From an uncultured Akkermansia sp. (GTDB taxonomy: Bacteria; Verrucomicrobiota; Kiritimatiellia; RFP12; JAAYNR01): DNA of 64,000 bases. Location: positions 11,238-75,237 of the forward strand of contig CAZOJL010000001.1 of the NCBI GenBank assembly GCA_964580075.1. The letters are read 5' to 3'. A model generated the notes under the pieces. It saw only the letters and a program-made list of their open reading frames with translations, ran no database searches and was not told the DNA's origin. A program made the translations under genes and the position numbers. The first letter of the stretch is position 1, and each line of letters starts with the position of its first letter. Below, piece after piece: positions 50,401-60,804 of the stretch.

Positions 50401-52889
50401 GCCTGAACGATCTGCCCCCGCTGCATCGTACGTCGGGGAGCGGCAACCAGATTGAAATCGTCAACAACGCGACCGGCGAGCGAATGTGGAAGAGGGGCAT
50501 CCCCGAGATCGAGTGGGGCGCGGCGCGGCAGATGGGAACGAATATTCACGTGATCGGACCGCGAAGGAGGGGGGATCCCCGCGATACCGTGGACGTCGTG
50601 TGCAATCTCGCCGACGGCAGAAAGCTTGCGATTTACCCCGTCATCGGCGCATCCGAGGGCGAGCTCGTCAACGTGGCGTTCACCCGCAAGTCGTGCTTCT
50701 GCCTTGTGACCCGCGGACCGGAACGGAAGGAGCACTTTCTTTACCGGTACGGCCTTGACGGCAAACCGGCGAAGCCCGTGGAGGGATTCCGGCAGCAGAA
50801 GTTCGGATCCATCTCGTCGTTGAGCGTGGAGGAAGAGAACGGGTCCTACACGCGACTGCAGTTTGCCGGTTCCGCGCCGTGGAGTCGCGACCCCGTGATG
50901 GCCGCGCTGATCGTCAGGGAAGACGATCCCACGTACGTCTTCATGGCCGGCTGTTCGGACAGGGATGACGAAACCCTCGTAATGCCCGGCTTCATTCGCG
51001 GAGATCGGTATTACGATGCCCTGAGCAAATCCGGCACCGTGAGAGTCTTCGATCTGAAGAGCGGGCGGATGCTCGCGAGCGGCGCGATCCCCTCCTGGCC
51101 GGCGCCGGAGCCACGAAGCGTCGCCAGGATCACCGACTTCCGCCTGGCCGGCGATTCGCTGGTTGTGCTCTCCGCCGTCTGGGACGTACGCGCCGATGTG
51201 TTCGACGCCGCGACTTTCGTTCACAAGGGCGGTCAGGTGCTGGACAAGGTTGAATGCACGCGCTGGTCGCCGGATAAGCACAGCGGGGGTGATGTGGCGG
51301 GCCGTGACTCGTGGGAGAACGAGATCGCCCCGGGACCGGGCCTGCTCGCGGTGACCGACAAGTCGGGGCTGCACGTCCTGGTTCCGGCGGATCACGTGGA
51401 TGAACCGTCGGCCGGGGCGCCGTTCCCGAAACTGTATCGCCGCCGCGAGCCGATCATCGCCGACGGATCGATTGACGAATGGGCCCGGGGCGAGCATGTG
51501 GAACTGCTCCTCCGCGACGCGGACGGCAAGCCCGCCAGCCTTCTATTGGCGCAGGACGGCCGGAATCTCTTCGCGGCCCTCTCCTACGAGGACGCGCGGA
51601 TTGACCCGTTGCGCGGGGAAGGCGTGTACAACGACGGGGACTGGGTGACGGTTGAGCAGGGAGACGGCCCGTTCGTGTGCAACGCGCGGATCGGCCTCGA
51701 CGGAAGCGGCGGTACCATCGTGACGTCCGAGCCGGGCGGAAAGGGGCTAACCATCAAGGCGACGGCTGGCATCGGGCATGACCTCAAGACCTTCCGGCAC
51801 ATCTACGAACTCGTCCTTCCGCTGACAAGGTCCCGGACGTGGGCTCAGGGCGTGCTCTCCTTGAAAGCCTTCGATGAACGGGGCCTCGGCGGCCCGGCCA
51901 GGATCATCGCGTGCAATGACATCCAAATCGGCTATCACGCCCTCACGCGCGATGAGGAAAACGCCGCCTTCGCTCTTATCCGTGAAATGCCCGACCTTCC
52001 GGAGTCGCGAGGCCTGTACGCCAAGATGCGAAAGATCTACGACGCGTGGTCCGTCGACATGCCGCCGTATCCAGCCACGAACGCGCCGGTGAATCCGGCC
52101 AAGGCCGTGGAGAGTATTAGAAAGTACATTTCCGCCATCGGGCAGACCCAGTTCCCCTACTCATTCTACAGACTCATGAATCGCTTCGGGGGCGCGGACG
52201 CCCTCCCGCCGGAGGTGCGCGCATGGTCTCAGCGAAAGGCGGAGATCGAGGCCAAGCGACAGGGGCCGTACGAGTTGAGCAATTCCCTGTTCGTCACCAA
52301 CTGGCTGGTGCTGGGGTATTTCCCCTACCCGCCCGACAAGGCCGGCCTAGGCACGGACTTTCTTCAGGGCGTCGACGGCGAGCCGAGGCACGTTCCGCAC
52401 GACGCCGTGGCAATCGCCACCGGCACGGGCGGCACAGCCCGATGGCGCCCTTACGCTCCGTCGGGCAACGTGGTGAATGTCTTCGAGGCATCGCGCCCCT
52501 ACTCCCCGTCGAGCGGCGATGTTGATGTCTTCGATGTGAAGCACCTGAATCTCAGTTTTGACGCCGCAGAGTCGTATTTCGTCGTCTATGCCGCATGTTG
52601 GCTGAAGGCGGACACGGACACCGAGTGCGAATTGCGGATGAGCACGGTGGACGACAGTTGGAAGATCTACCTGGATCATGAACCGCTCGGTGATTACTCC
52701 CCCATTCGGGGAGCGCCTGACGCGAACGGTCCCAGGGTCCGACTCGAAAAGGGGATGCACCTGGTCCTGGTCAAGGTCGCCGGCAGCAAGCTGCCACCCG
52801 GCGCGGGTCACGTGGGGGTGTTCGTCTTCAGCCTGCGCGTGACCGATCCCTCCGGCGGCCGCCCACCGGGCGTCACGGTGTGGAATTAG
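47493..52889 (+). CDS. Giant secreted protein paralog (~1800 aa), same architecture with extra internal segment
   Basis: N-terminal ~240 aa nearly identical to the upstream gene (…PEKWDAPRIAACR.LADDAYAA…NLHLKD.IENCPGRWDIACP…). Start at MRTNINSLV. The track ORF start translates the heptamer repeat. Confidence 0.6.
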   Translation: MRTNINSLVAGALAAVCCIPVVLFAQPDIPPEKWDAPRIAACRKLADDAYAARDVEAGNLHLKDLIENCPGRWDIACPVLKTILLASKDGPEHWQEYAALRLIAAYRADQILPTDPVLRAAWGALIAIRGYQDRFLEAKVEIEAMEKATGRDVWAQFLEAALCYQSDSYETEPRFAEILSKISADDSDPYVQAVWSAMNGHDGRNPYMESALAYRPGRLSPSTAPRNLCLKDFSPNWEALRDLPPEIAPSQIHALIGESLEPGRFIADDNTATAVWLGTLIDRNLLSRKPEALLPLRRLQQAELPNAGTGGSAGSRDAGGPIALFRRYPWTDAGQRQLLEYGRQELSNGHAGPALRSFLDVLSHASDPALRSQARVCLWLALAQQDNRDEFDDAFRDVNPEERYPWMGGTEPSRVIRDRLEKSIPTAAAPERPTPRLGDLDRRLVKIPALAPWPCSWTQAGGLHWYYDTALMKTLPFIRVGMQLQDGGLLVSAPNMMAWYRADHTEAPVWQRTARFTFSQHRRHPGIYCPPVNDGRIYTRWGYSDGCPADVAAIDIRTGRQLWSTAQDNSWRSQPGSFRGVRHWPLNDPVYADGRLYLLAAKVVDSNTDGIYLVCMDPDTGARIWACPVSRDKMKGAEGWLPEYNTDLALYGNAVTCHQGAVYCATGAGVVSRVDARDGRLEWAHRYPRTKYPQKERPGAHPWEGDYSISWGTRPLVAGNRVICMPRDHNGVFALDADTGRLVWQNAFVHPAGAVGIFEGALLVYDHQTIVSLDPATGATRWFRPLEEGVLKDAQRIGSSIYVGTSRGLCRIDARSGVAVERMAWGEKDRKILDFTILDKALYVVSDEAVPADGFEEVASVKPPAAGEDGKMQFPLRQTWRLARANPQLYVPPPEAGLDGGVFLFSDGVLERIRLSPAPSVVWQRLVQPDLTGVRFARGMVVLDYPARPVLLDGETGAVRESQLSPDAGGLNDLPPLHRTSGSGNQIEIVNNATGERMWKRGIPEIEWGAARQMGTNIHVIGPRRRGDPRDTVDVVCNLADGRKLAIYPVIGASEGELVNVAFTRKSCFCLVTRGPERKEHFLYRYGLDGKPAKPVEGFRQQKFGSISSLSVEEENGSYTRLQFAGSAPWSRDPVMAALIVREDDPTYVFMAGCSDRDDETLVMPGFIRGDRYYDALSKSGTVRVFDLKSGRMLASGAIPSWPAPEPRSVARITDFRLAGDSLVVLSAVWDVRADVFDAATFVHKGGQVLDKVECTRWSPDKHSGGDVAGRDSWENEIAPGPGLLAVTDKSGLHVLVPADHVDEPSAGAPFPKLYRRREPIIADGSIDEWARGEHVELLLRDADGKPASLLLAQDGRNLFAALSYEDARIDPLRGEGVYNDGDWVTVEQGDGPFVCNARIGLDGSGGTIVTSEPGGKGLTIKATAGIGHDLKTFRHIYELVLPLTRSRTWAQGVLSLKAFDERGLGGPARIIACNDIQIGYHALTRDEENAAFALIREMPDLPESRGLYAKMRKIYDAWSVDMPPYPATNAPVNPAKAVESIRKYISAIGQTQFPYSFYRLMNRFGGADALPPEVRAWSQRKAEIEAKRQGPYELSNSLFVTNWLVLGYFPYPPDKAGLGTDFLQGVDGEPRHVPHDAVAIATGTGGTARWRPYAPSGNVVNVFEASRPYSPSSGDVDVFDVKHLNLSFDAAESYFVVYAACWLKADTDTECELRMSTVDDSWKIYLDHEPLGDYSPIRGAPDANGPRVRLEKGMHLVLVKVAGSKLPPGAGHVGVFVFSLRVTDPSGGRPPGVTVWN

Positions 52890-52928
52890 TTTCGGAGTGA
52901 GGAAGTGTTCAGTGTTCAATGGAGGTGT

Positions 52929-54872
52929 ATGATGAGAACAAATGTGGTTCTTGATGACCTGCTTATGTCCCGGGGCGCTGCGCTCCAGCGGGTCCTCCTT
53001 GCCCTTGTGTCCTCCGCGCTGGTATTCACGGGTTGCGCGGGGGGCGGCATCGAGCCCGCGCCGGTCACGGGAAGGGATAAAATGCAAACTGACGAACGAA
53101 TGGGAACCCGCGAGGCCGGTGCGAAACCGGCGGCTGTCGTCGAACTCGCTCCAGGCGACGATATCCAGAAGGCCCTGGACCGGGCCGAACCGGGCGACAC
53201 GATCATGCTGAAGGATGGCGTGTACTACCAAAGCGTGCTGATCGCCCGCGGAGGAAAGCCGGGAAAGCCGGTCACGCTGAGAGCCGCCCATGGCGGCGCC
53301 GCCACCATCAGCGGGGCGGTTCCGCCCGATCAGGCGAAGCTGACGTTCGAGCCGGTCGAGGGAGATCTGTACAAGACCGCTGTAACACAACGCGTGTGGT
53401 GGGTGATGGTCGACGCGCGGAACCTGGTAAACTACGGGCAACTGGACCTTCTCAAGAAGTTCCGCTTTCCTGACCAGTCCAATGGCGATCTGCACCCGTG
53501 TGCATCCGAGGGGTTTGTGTGGCAGGACGGTGTTCTCTATATCCGCTTGGAAAAGGGAGCCGATCCAAACAAAGCGCCGATCGAGATCAGCCGTCTCACC
53601 GGCGGCGAAGTAGATCCCGAGCGAGGAAAGATCGGCCACAAAGGGGGACATTGGGCGCCGGATACGGGCTTTGACGTGCCCGGCCTCGGCCATCTTTTCT
53701 CCCGGACCGTCGGCCTCATCACCGTGAAGGCCGACAACGTCGTGATCGAAGGCTTCCGCCTGCACATGGGGGTTGGGGCCGCGGTGATCGTCCACGGCAA
53801 CGATGTGACGGTCCGCGACTGCTATATCACCGGTTCGCATCTGGGCATCTGCCAGCCCGACAGCGTCGAACTTCCGCCACACACGACGCCCGGCGAGCGG
53901 CCGATCAACCGCGCCAACCGCACCGGCCGCGGTCTGACCGTCGAGTATTGCGAGTACAGCGCCCATCCCGGTTACCTGTGGTGCCGGCGCGGGTTTTGGG
54001 CCGGACTCTACGGCGCCAACGTGGCGGGAGTGTTCATGAACTATGGCGGGACGCGGTCGGTCGTACGCCACAATTGGGTCTATGACTCGGCGCAGGACCA
54101 CCTCCAGCCGCGCGGCAACGGCACCACCGCACCGGAGGACGCCGGCGAAATCGCCTACAACTTCCTCCAGAACTGCGGCGATGACTCCATCGAGTTCGAC
54201 AGCGCCACGCCGCTGAATCTCCGCGTGCATCACAACGTTATTCTGGACGGTATGTGCCTGCTGGCTCTGTCGCCGGTCATGGGCGGAGGACTGACCATAG
54301 ACCACAACATCCTTTACGTTTCGCGCGAGCGCGGTCCCGAGTGGTGTGTGTTCTTCAAGATGGGCAGTCCCTGGGGCAACGGCCTTCCGACCCGGGGCGT
54401 GCGGGTTCTGCACAACACGATGGTCAACATGTGGCGGTGGATGTACTGGTGCGGCGAGGATCACCGTTATGAAGACGTGCTGATGGAGAACAACATATTC
54501 TACTGCGGCGAGTCGCGCGGGAGCGGCCTGAAGGGCGTGACCTTCAGCCCCCACAATCTCTACTGCGGTCCGAAAATCGAAACCAACGACATACCCGAGA
54601 TGATGCACGACCGCCGTTCGCCGTTCGTGTCCATGAGCCCGATGGATTTTAGCCTTCGGCCGGACAGCGCAGCCGTGGACGCCGGCGCTTCCGGCAAGGA
54701 TCGGGAGTACTTCCACAAGCCCGCAGGCAAGGCCCCGGACCTGGGCGCCATCGAACTGGGCGAGGAGTGGCATTTTCCCCGCCCGGGGCCGCGCTGGGCC
54801 ACCGGCGGCGAGATCGCCGGCCGGCCGGCGCTACCGGCGTCGGTGAAGGCGAAATGGGTTGGACTGGAGTAG
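52929..54872 (+). CDS. Right-handed parallel beta-helix lipoprotein (pectate-lyase-fold, polysaccharide lyase/hydrolase-like)
   Basis: Lipobox LVFTGCAGG. Repeated beta-helix coils (HNWVYDSAQDH, IEFDSATPLNLRVHHNVIL, LTIDHNILYV, VLHNTMVN). Confidence 0.5.
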   Translation: MMRTNVVLDDLLMSRGAALQRVLLALVSSALVFTGCAGGGIEPAPVTGRDKMQTDERMGTREAGAKPAAVVELAPGDDIQKALDRAEPGDTIMLKDGVYYQSVLIARGGKPGKPVTLRAAHGGAATISGAVPPDQAKLTFEPVEGDLYKTAVTQRVWWVMVDARNLVNYGQLDLLKKFRFPDQSNGDLHPCASEGFVWQDGVLYIRLEKGADPNKAPIEISRLTGGEVDPERGKIGHKGGHWAPDTGFDVPGLGHLFSRTVGLITVKADNVVIEGFRLHMGVGAAVIVHGNDVTVRDCYITGSHLGICQPDSVELPPHTTPGERPINRANRTGRGLTVEYCEYSAHPGYLWCRRGFWAGLYGANVAGVFMNYGGTRSVVRHNWVYDSAQDHLQPRGNGTTAPEDAGEIAYNFLQNCGDDSIEFDSATPLNLRVHHNVILDGMCLLALSPVMGGGLTIDHNILYVSRERGPEWCVFFKMGSPWGNGLPTRGVRVLHNTMVNMWRWMYWCGEDHRYEDVLMENNIFYCGESRGSGLKGVTFSPHNLYCGPKIETNDIPEMMHDRRSPFVSMSPMDFSLRPDSAAVDAGASGKDREYFHKPAGKAPDLGAIELGEEWHFPRPGPRWATGGEIAGRPALPASVKAKWVGLE

Positions 54873-54942
54873 AGAACGTTCGCACGGAAAGACGGAATCG
54901 AGTAAGCGGGGCGCTTACGTGTAACCGAGTAACTGATCACTG

Positions 54943-55071
54943 AACCTAAAAAGAGCAGTTATCAGTGATCGGTGATCAGGTGTCAGTTGGATGCCAATGA
55001 CATGTGCATCACCATTTGGTGCGAAGCCCACTGATCACTGATGACTGATCACTGGTCACTTAGAGCGAATG
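54943..55071. repeat. ~130-bp repeat element, copy 1 (contains internal TGATCAC-rich inverted arms)
   Basis: aacctaaaaagagcagttatcagtgatcggtgatcagg...ggatgccaatgacatgtgcatcaccatttggtgcgaagcccactgatcactgatgactgatcactggtcacttagagcgaatgg. Second copy at 60346-60479, ~85% identical, same orientation. Confidence 0.7.
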
Positions 55072-55675
55072 GCGCTTACTTAAGCGATGCTTCCGATCAT
55101 AATCCTAATCTTAATCTTCATCGTCGCCGATAGAAGACCTGTCCCTTGGCGGCCTTTACGTGAATCTGCAACACTTGACTGTGTTATTCACGGCGAAAGT
55201 CAGCGGGGATTGGTGCGAGCGCGAAACACCCGGTAGCGGCAGCGGCGTCCCCGCCGCGCCGCAGGTGAATGGATCAAAGCCTCTTCGGAGCTTCAGGTTC
55301 ATCTCCATCATCAGCGGCGCGGCGGGGACGCCGCAGCCCTACCCGCTTGCGCGCTTTCTCTGCAGCTTGCGGCGCCGCGGGGACGCCGCCGATTGCTGCG
55401 CGCCCGCACCGATTACCGATAACTTCCGACACGCCGTCAGCCAATGGAAAGGCGCCGCTCACGCGGTAGGGCGACGGCGTCCCCTGTCTGCGTGCGTACA
55501 CGCACAGGCAGGCCGCCGCGCCGCAGGATTTTGGAAAGGAATCTGATTACTGATCCCTGTTCCTTTTGGGACAAAGGGCGAATGAACGGGTCTCCCCGCC
55601 ATCCGCCCTTCCCGCTCAGTTTCTCATCCGTGCTTCTGAACACTGAAGACTGAACACTGAACACTTCCCAACGGG

Positions 55676-57974
<2,299 letters not shown>

Positions 57975-58069
57975 TTTCGACCTCCTGTTTGTGACTCCCC
58001 TCTGAATACTGAACACTGAACACTGACTTCTGACTCCTGACTGCTTTCTCATGGTTGTGTTCCTTTTCT

Positions 58070-58175
58070 CTTACACTTAGTCGCCACTCTTAATCGTTTA
58101 CCCTTAGTCGTGCGTTTTAGTCGACTCAGCGGGTCGACTAAGCGTAACCGATTAAGAGTGGCGACTAAGTGTAAG
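58070..58175. repeat. Perfect 27-bp inverted repeat (cttacacttagtcgccactcttaatcg / cgattaagagtggcgactaagtgtaag) with 52-bp spacer containing nested TTAGTCGAC palindromes
   Basis: Seen directly. Located 96-201 bp upstream of the Gly-rich gene start (minus strand). Confidence 0.7.
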
Positions 58176-58316
58176 TTGAGAAGACAAAGAGGGGTGTCCG
58201 TGCCGACGCCGTGCGGCGCTGCGGAAAGGGAGACGCGAAGCGGAGTAGGGGACGGCGCGAGGGAAGGGCCGTGGACGGCCCAGGACGGCCCAGGAAGCGA
58301 TCGCGGGCTTAAAGCC

Positions 58317-58341
58317 GGGGGGGGGGGGGGGGGGGGGGGGG
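58317..58341. repeat. Homopolymeric G tract, 25 nt
   Basis: aaagcc-G25-cagcgcgg. Lies between the Gly-rich gene promoter region and the 3' end of the AAA/PD-(D/E)XK gene. Confidence 0.8.
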
Positions 58342-58597
58342 CAGCGCGGAAGAGGCGCAGCAAAGGCGCGCAGGGCGCACCGCTAATGGCGCGCGGGGCT
58401 GTCGGACGATCTGGGTATATGCTTACCAATCGCATGTGATGCTTGCACCTCAACCGGCGGATAACAAACCTTACCCACGTTGATACCGTGTTACCCACGT
58501 TGATACCGTGTAAGATACACCCGACGTCCAGTCGGCATCAACAATTATTTGTATTTTTATGAGCGCATCCGTACGGTCGAAATCGAAATCTCCTCCA

Positions 58598-60172
58598 TCA
58601 CGCCTCCCACGCCTCGATCAGCCACTTCCCGAGGTTGCGCGTCTTGCGGCTGAAGGCGACGCCGGCGAGGGTGACACGGCGGCCGCCCTGCCCTGAGCCT
58701 GCCGAAGGGTCGGCGCGGTAGCGCTCGGCGTAGCGCATCTCGCGCATCTGTCGCATCGCCGCCCGGGCCGAGCCGCCCAGTTTGAACTCAAAGAGGAAAA
58801 TGTCCGTCTTCGTCTTCACCACCGCGTCAATCCGGCCGCGGCTGGTGCGTGCTTCGGCCTCGATCCGCGCGCCAATGAGGGTGAAGACCGTGAAGAAGAT
58901 TGTCTGGTAGTATTTCTCGTTCGCGATCGCGATGTCGCAGGGGATCTTCTCGAAGAACACTTTCAGCGTTTCGAGCATCTCGTCCACGCGCCCCTCGTTC
59001 AACGCGGCGACCATCCGCTGCAAGGCGCCGGTGAGGTCTTCGCCGGGCAGGCGGCTGAACCCCTGCGCCAGCCAACGGCTGAACGATTCCTCGATCTCGT
59101 AGTTCGGATACCCGAGCCGGAAGACCCGGCTCCGACCGGTCGTCTCCGCAGACTTGATCGTCAGATAGCCCGTCTGCACCAGAAGGGGAAGCGGGGCGAG
59201 ATCGACCGGGTCGTAGGTCGAGAAGTCCGTCTCGGCCGCGGTCAGATCGTCGAACTTCACCGGCGAGCGCCGTAGCAGGTCCACCAGGAACGTCGGCGTG
59301 CCGGTCTCGAACCAGTAGTTCTTGAACTCGCGCTCGTGGAAGCACTTCATGACCGATACCGGATTGTAGACCGTCTCCGCTTCGGGGTGGAACCGATAGC
59401 CGTTATACCAGTCGCGCAGTTCGGCGAGGGTCTCCTCGCGGGACTTGCCCAGCGCTGCGGCCAGCGCGGTGATATGCTCCGGGAAGTTCGCTTCCAGTTC
59501 GCCCTGCGTGTAACCCAGCAGCGTGGCCGCCGAGCGGTTCATGGTCAGGTCGGTCAGGTTGTTCAGGTCGGAGAAGATCGAGACCTTGGAGAACTTGCTC
59601 ACGCCGGTGATGAGCACAAAGCGCTGTGCCGATTCGGTGGCCTTGATGACCCCGTAAAAGGCTTTGAGCGCGCTTTGTATCTCGCACACGCCGGGCTGGC
59701 CGAGTTGCCCGAGCAGCGGCTTGTCGTACTCGTCCACGAGGATCACGACCTTGCCGTCGCGTTCCGCCAGTTTCAGGATAAGTTCACGAAAACGCGCCGC
59801 CGCCGTCCCCTTGACAAGATCCGTCTTGAACACATGCGCCTGTTCGTCCACGCAGTCGCGAAGCGACGTCTCCAGCAAAGCCGCAGTTCCCGCCTGCCGG
59901 TCGCCCATGTCCAGATGGATCACCGGGTACGGCTTCCAGTCGTAGTCGGTTTTGGCGATGGTCAGTCCAGCGAACAGCTCGCGCCGGCCCTGGAAGATAA
60001 CCTTGAGGGTGCTGACCAGCAGCGACTTGCCGAAGCGGCGCGGGCGGGCCAGAAAATACTGCGCGAACGCGGGCCGGAGCAGATCGAGAATGTCGGCTGT
60101 TTTGTCCACATACAGAAAGCCGCCCTCGATGAGGTTGCTGAACGTGTACACGCTGGTGGTCAATGGCTTCAT
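58598..60172 (-). CDS. AAA-ATPase-like (PF09820-type) N-terminal domain fused to PD-(D/E)XK nuclease family (PDDEXK_9-type) C-terminal domain
   Basis: N-terminus MKPLTTSVYTFSNLIEGGFLYVDKTADILDLLRPAFAQYFLARPRRFGKSLLVSTLKVIF is the hallmark of this predicted-ATPase family. C-terminal …YQTIFFTVFTLIGARIEAEARTSRGRIDAVVKTKTDIFLFEFKLGGSA resembles the PD-(D/E)XK-like domain. Confidence 0.65.
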   Translation of the reverse strand: MKPLTTSVYTFSNLIEGGFLYVDKTADILDLLRPAFAQYFLARPRRFGKSLLVSTLKVIFQGRRELFAGLTIAKTDYDWKPYPVIHLDMGDRQAGTAALLETSLRDCVDEQAHVFKTDLVKGTAAARFRELILKLAERDGKVVILVDEYDKPLLGQLGQPGVCEIQSALKAFYGVIKATESAQRFVLITGVSKFSKVSIFSDLNNLTDLTMNRSAATLLGYTQGELEANFPEHITALAAALGKSREETLAELRDWYNGYRFHPEAETVYNPVSVMKCFHEREFKNYWFETGTPTFLVDLLRRSPVKFDDLTAAETDFSTYDPVDLAPLPLLVQTGYLTIKSAETTGRSRVFRLGYPNYEIEESFSRWLAQGFSRLPGEDLTGALQRMVAALNEGRVDEMLETLKVFFEKIPCDIAIANEKYYQTIFFTVFTLIGARIEAEARTSRGRIDAVVKTKTDIFLFEFKLGGSARAAMRQMREMRYAERYRADPSAGSGQGGRRVTLAGVAFSRKTRNLGKWLIEAWEA

Positions 60173-60229
60173 GGCAGGTATTATACGGCGGAGGGCGACG
60201 GGAAAGCAAGACCGTGCGTAATGGGTTAT

Positions 60230-60297
60230 TGGGGGGGGGGTGCGAAATAATGAGATAGGGTGTGTGTGTGTGTGGGTGGGTGTGGGTGGGTGGGTGC
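60230..60297. repeat. G11 homopolymer followed by (GT)7 and (GGGT/GTGG)n microsatellite
   Basis: ttattg-G11-tgcgaaataatgagatagggtgtgtgtgtgtgtgggtgggtgtgggtgggtgggtg. Lies 58-125 bp upstream of the AAA/PD-(D/E)XK gene start. Confidence 0.75.
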
Positions 60298-60345
60298 GCA
60301 GCAGGTGGGGCAGCGGCGTCCTCGCCGCGCCGCTGGCAAATGATA

Positions 60346-60479
60346 AACCTAAAAAGAGCCGTTATCTGTGATCTGTGATCAGTAATCACTTGGATGCCAA
60401 TGACATGTGCATAACCACGGGCATCACCATTTGGTGCGAAGCCCACTGATCACTGATCACTGGTCACTTAGAGCGAATG
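60346..60479. repeat. ~130-bp repeat element, copy 2
   Basis: Direct copy of 54943-55071. Confidence 0.7.
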
Positions 60480-60517
60480 GTAAAGCTGAACTGCCGGATT
60501 TAGGCTCATCCCTTGCT

Positions 60518-60714
60518 CTTAGTCGCCACTCTTAATCGTTTTTGTCGTCGTCCTCGTCGTCGTCCTCGATTTCACGATTCGAGGACTCGGTGACGCGGTG
60601 ACCCGGTGACGCCGGGGGCGGAGAAGCTAATGGGAGGCCCGTCCCGAATCCGCCGGAAATGCTGAAATGCTGAAAACTGAAATGCTGAAAGTTAAGAATG
60701 GCGACTAAGAGTGG
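60518..60714. repeat. Second element bounded by the same terminal inverted repeat (cttagtcgccactcttaa / ttaagaatggcgactaag), 155-bp spacer with (GTCGTCGTCCTC)2 and (AATGCTGAAA)3 sub-repeats
   Basis: The 18-bp arms match the 58070-58175 element termini with 1 mismatch. Confidence 0.6.
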
Positions 60715-60804
60715 AAGAACTGTCTTCCCCCTTGTTCCATCTGGCGGTTTTGCGCCAGTGGCCGAACTGACACCTGAAACCTGACACCTTCTTTCCCCCC
60801 TCCT

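Noticed and set aside
55160-55546. 128-aa ORF in the long intergenic region
   Set aside because: Arg/Ala/Gly-rich translation typical of random ORFs in GC-rich DNA. Overlaps the inverted GC-motif cluster. No RBS.
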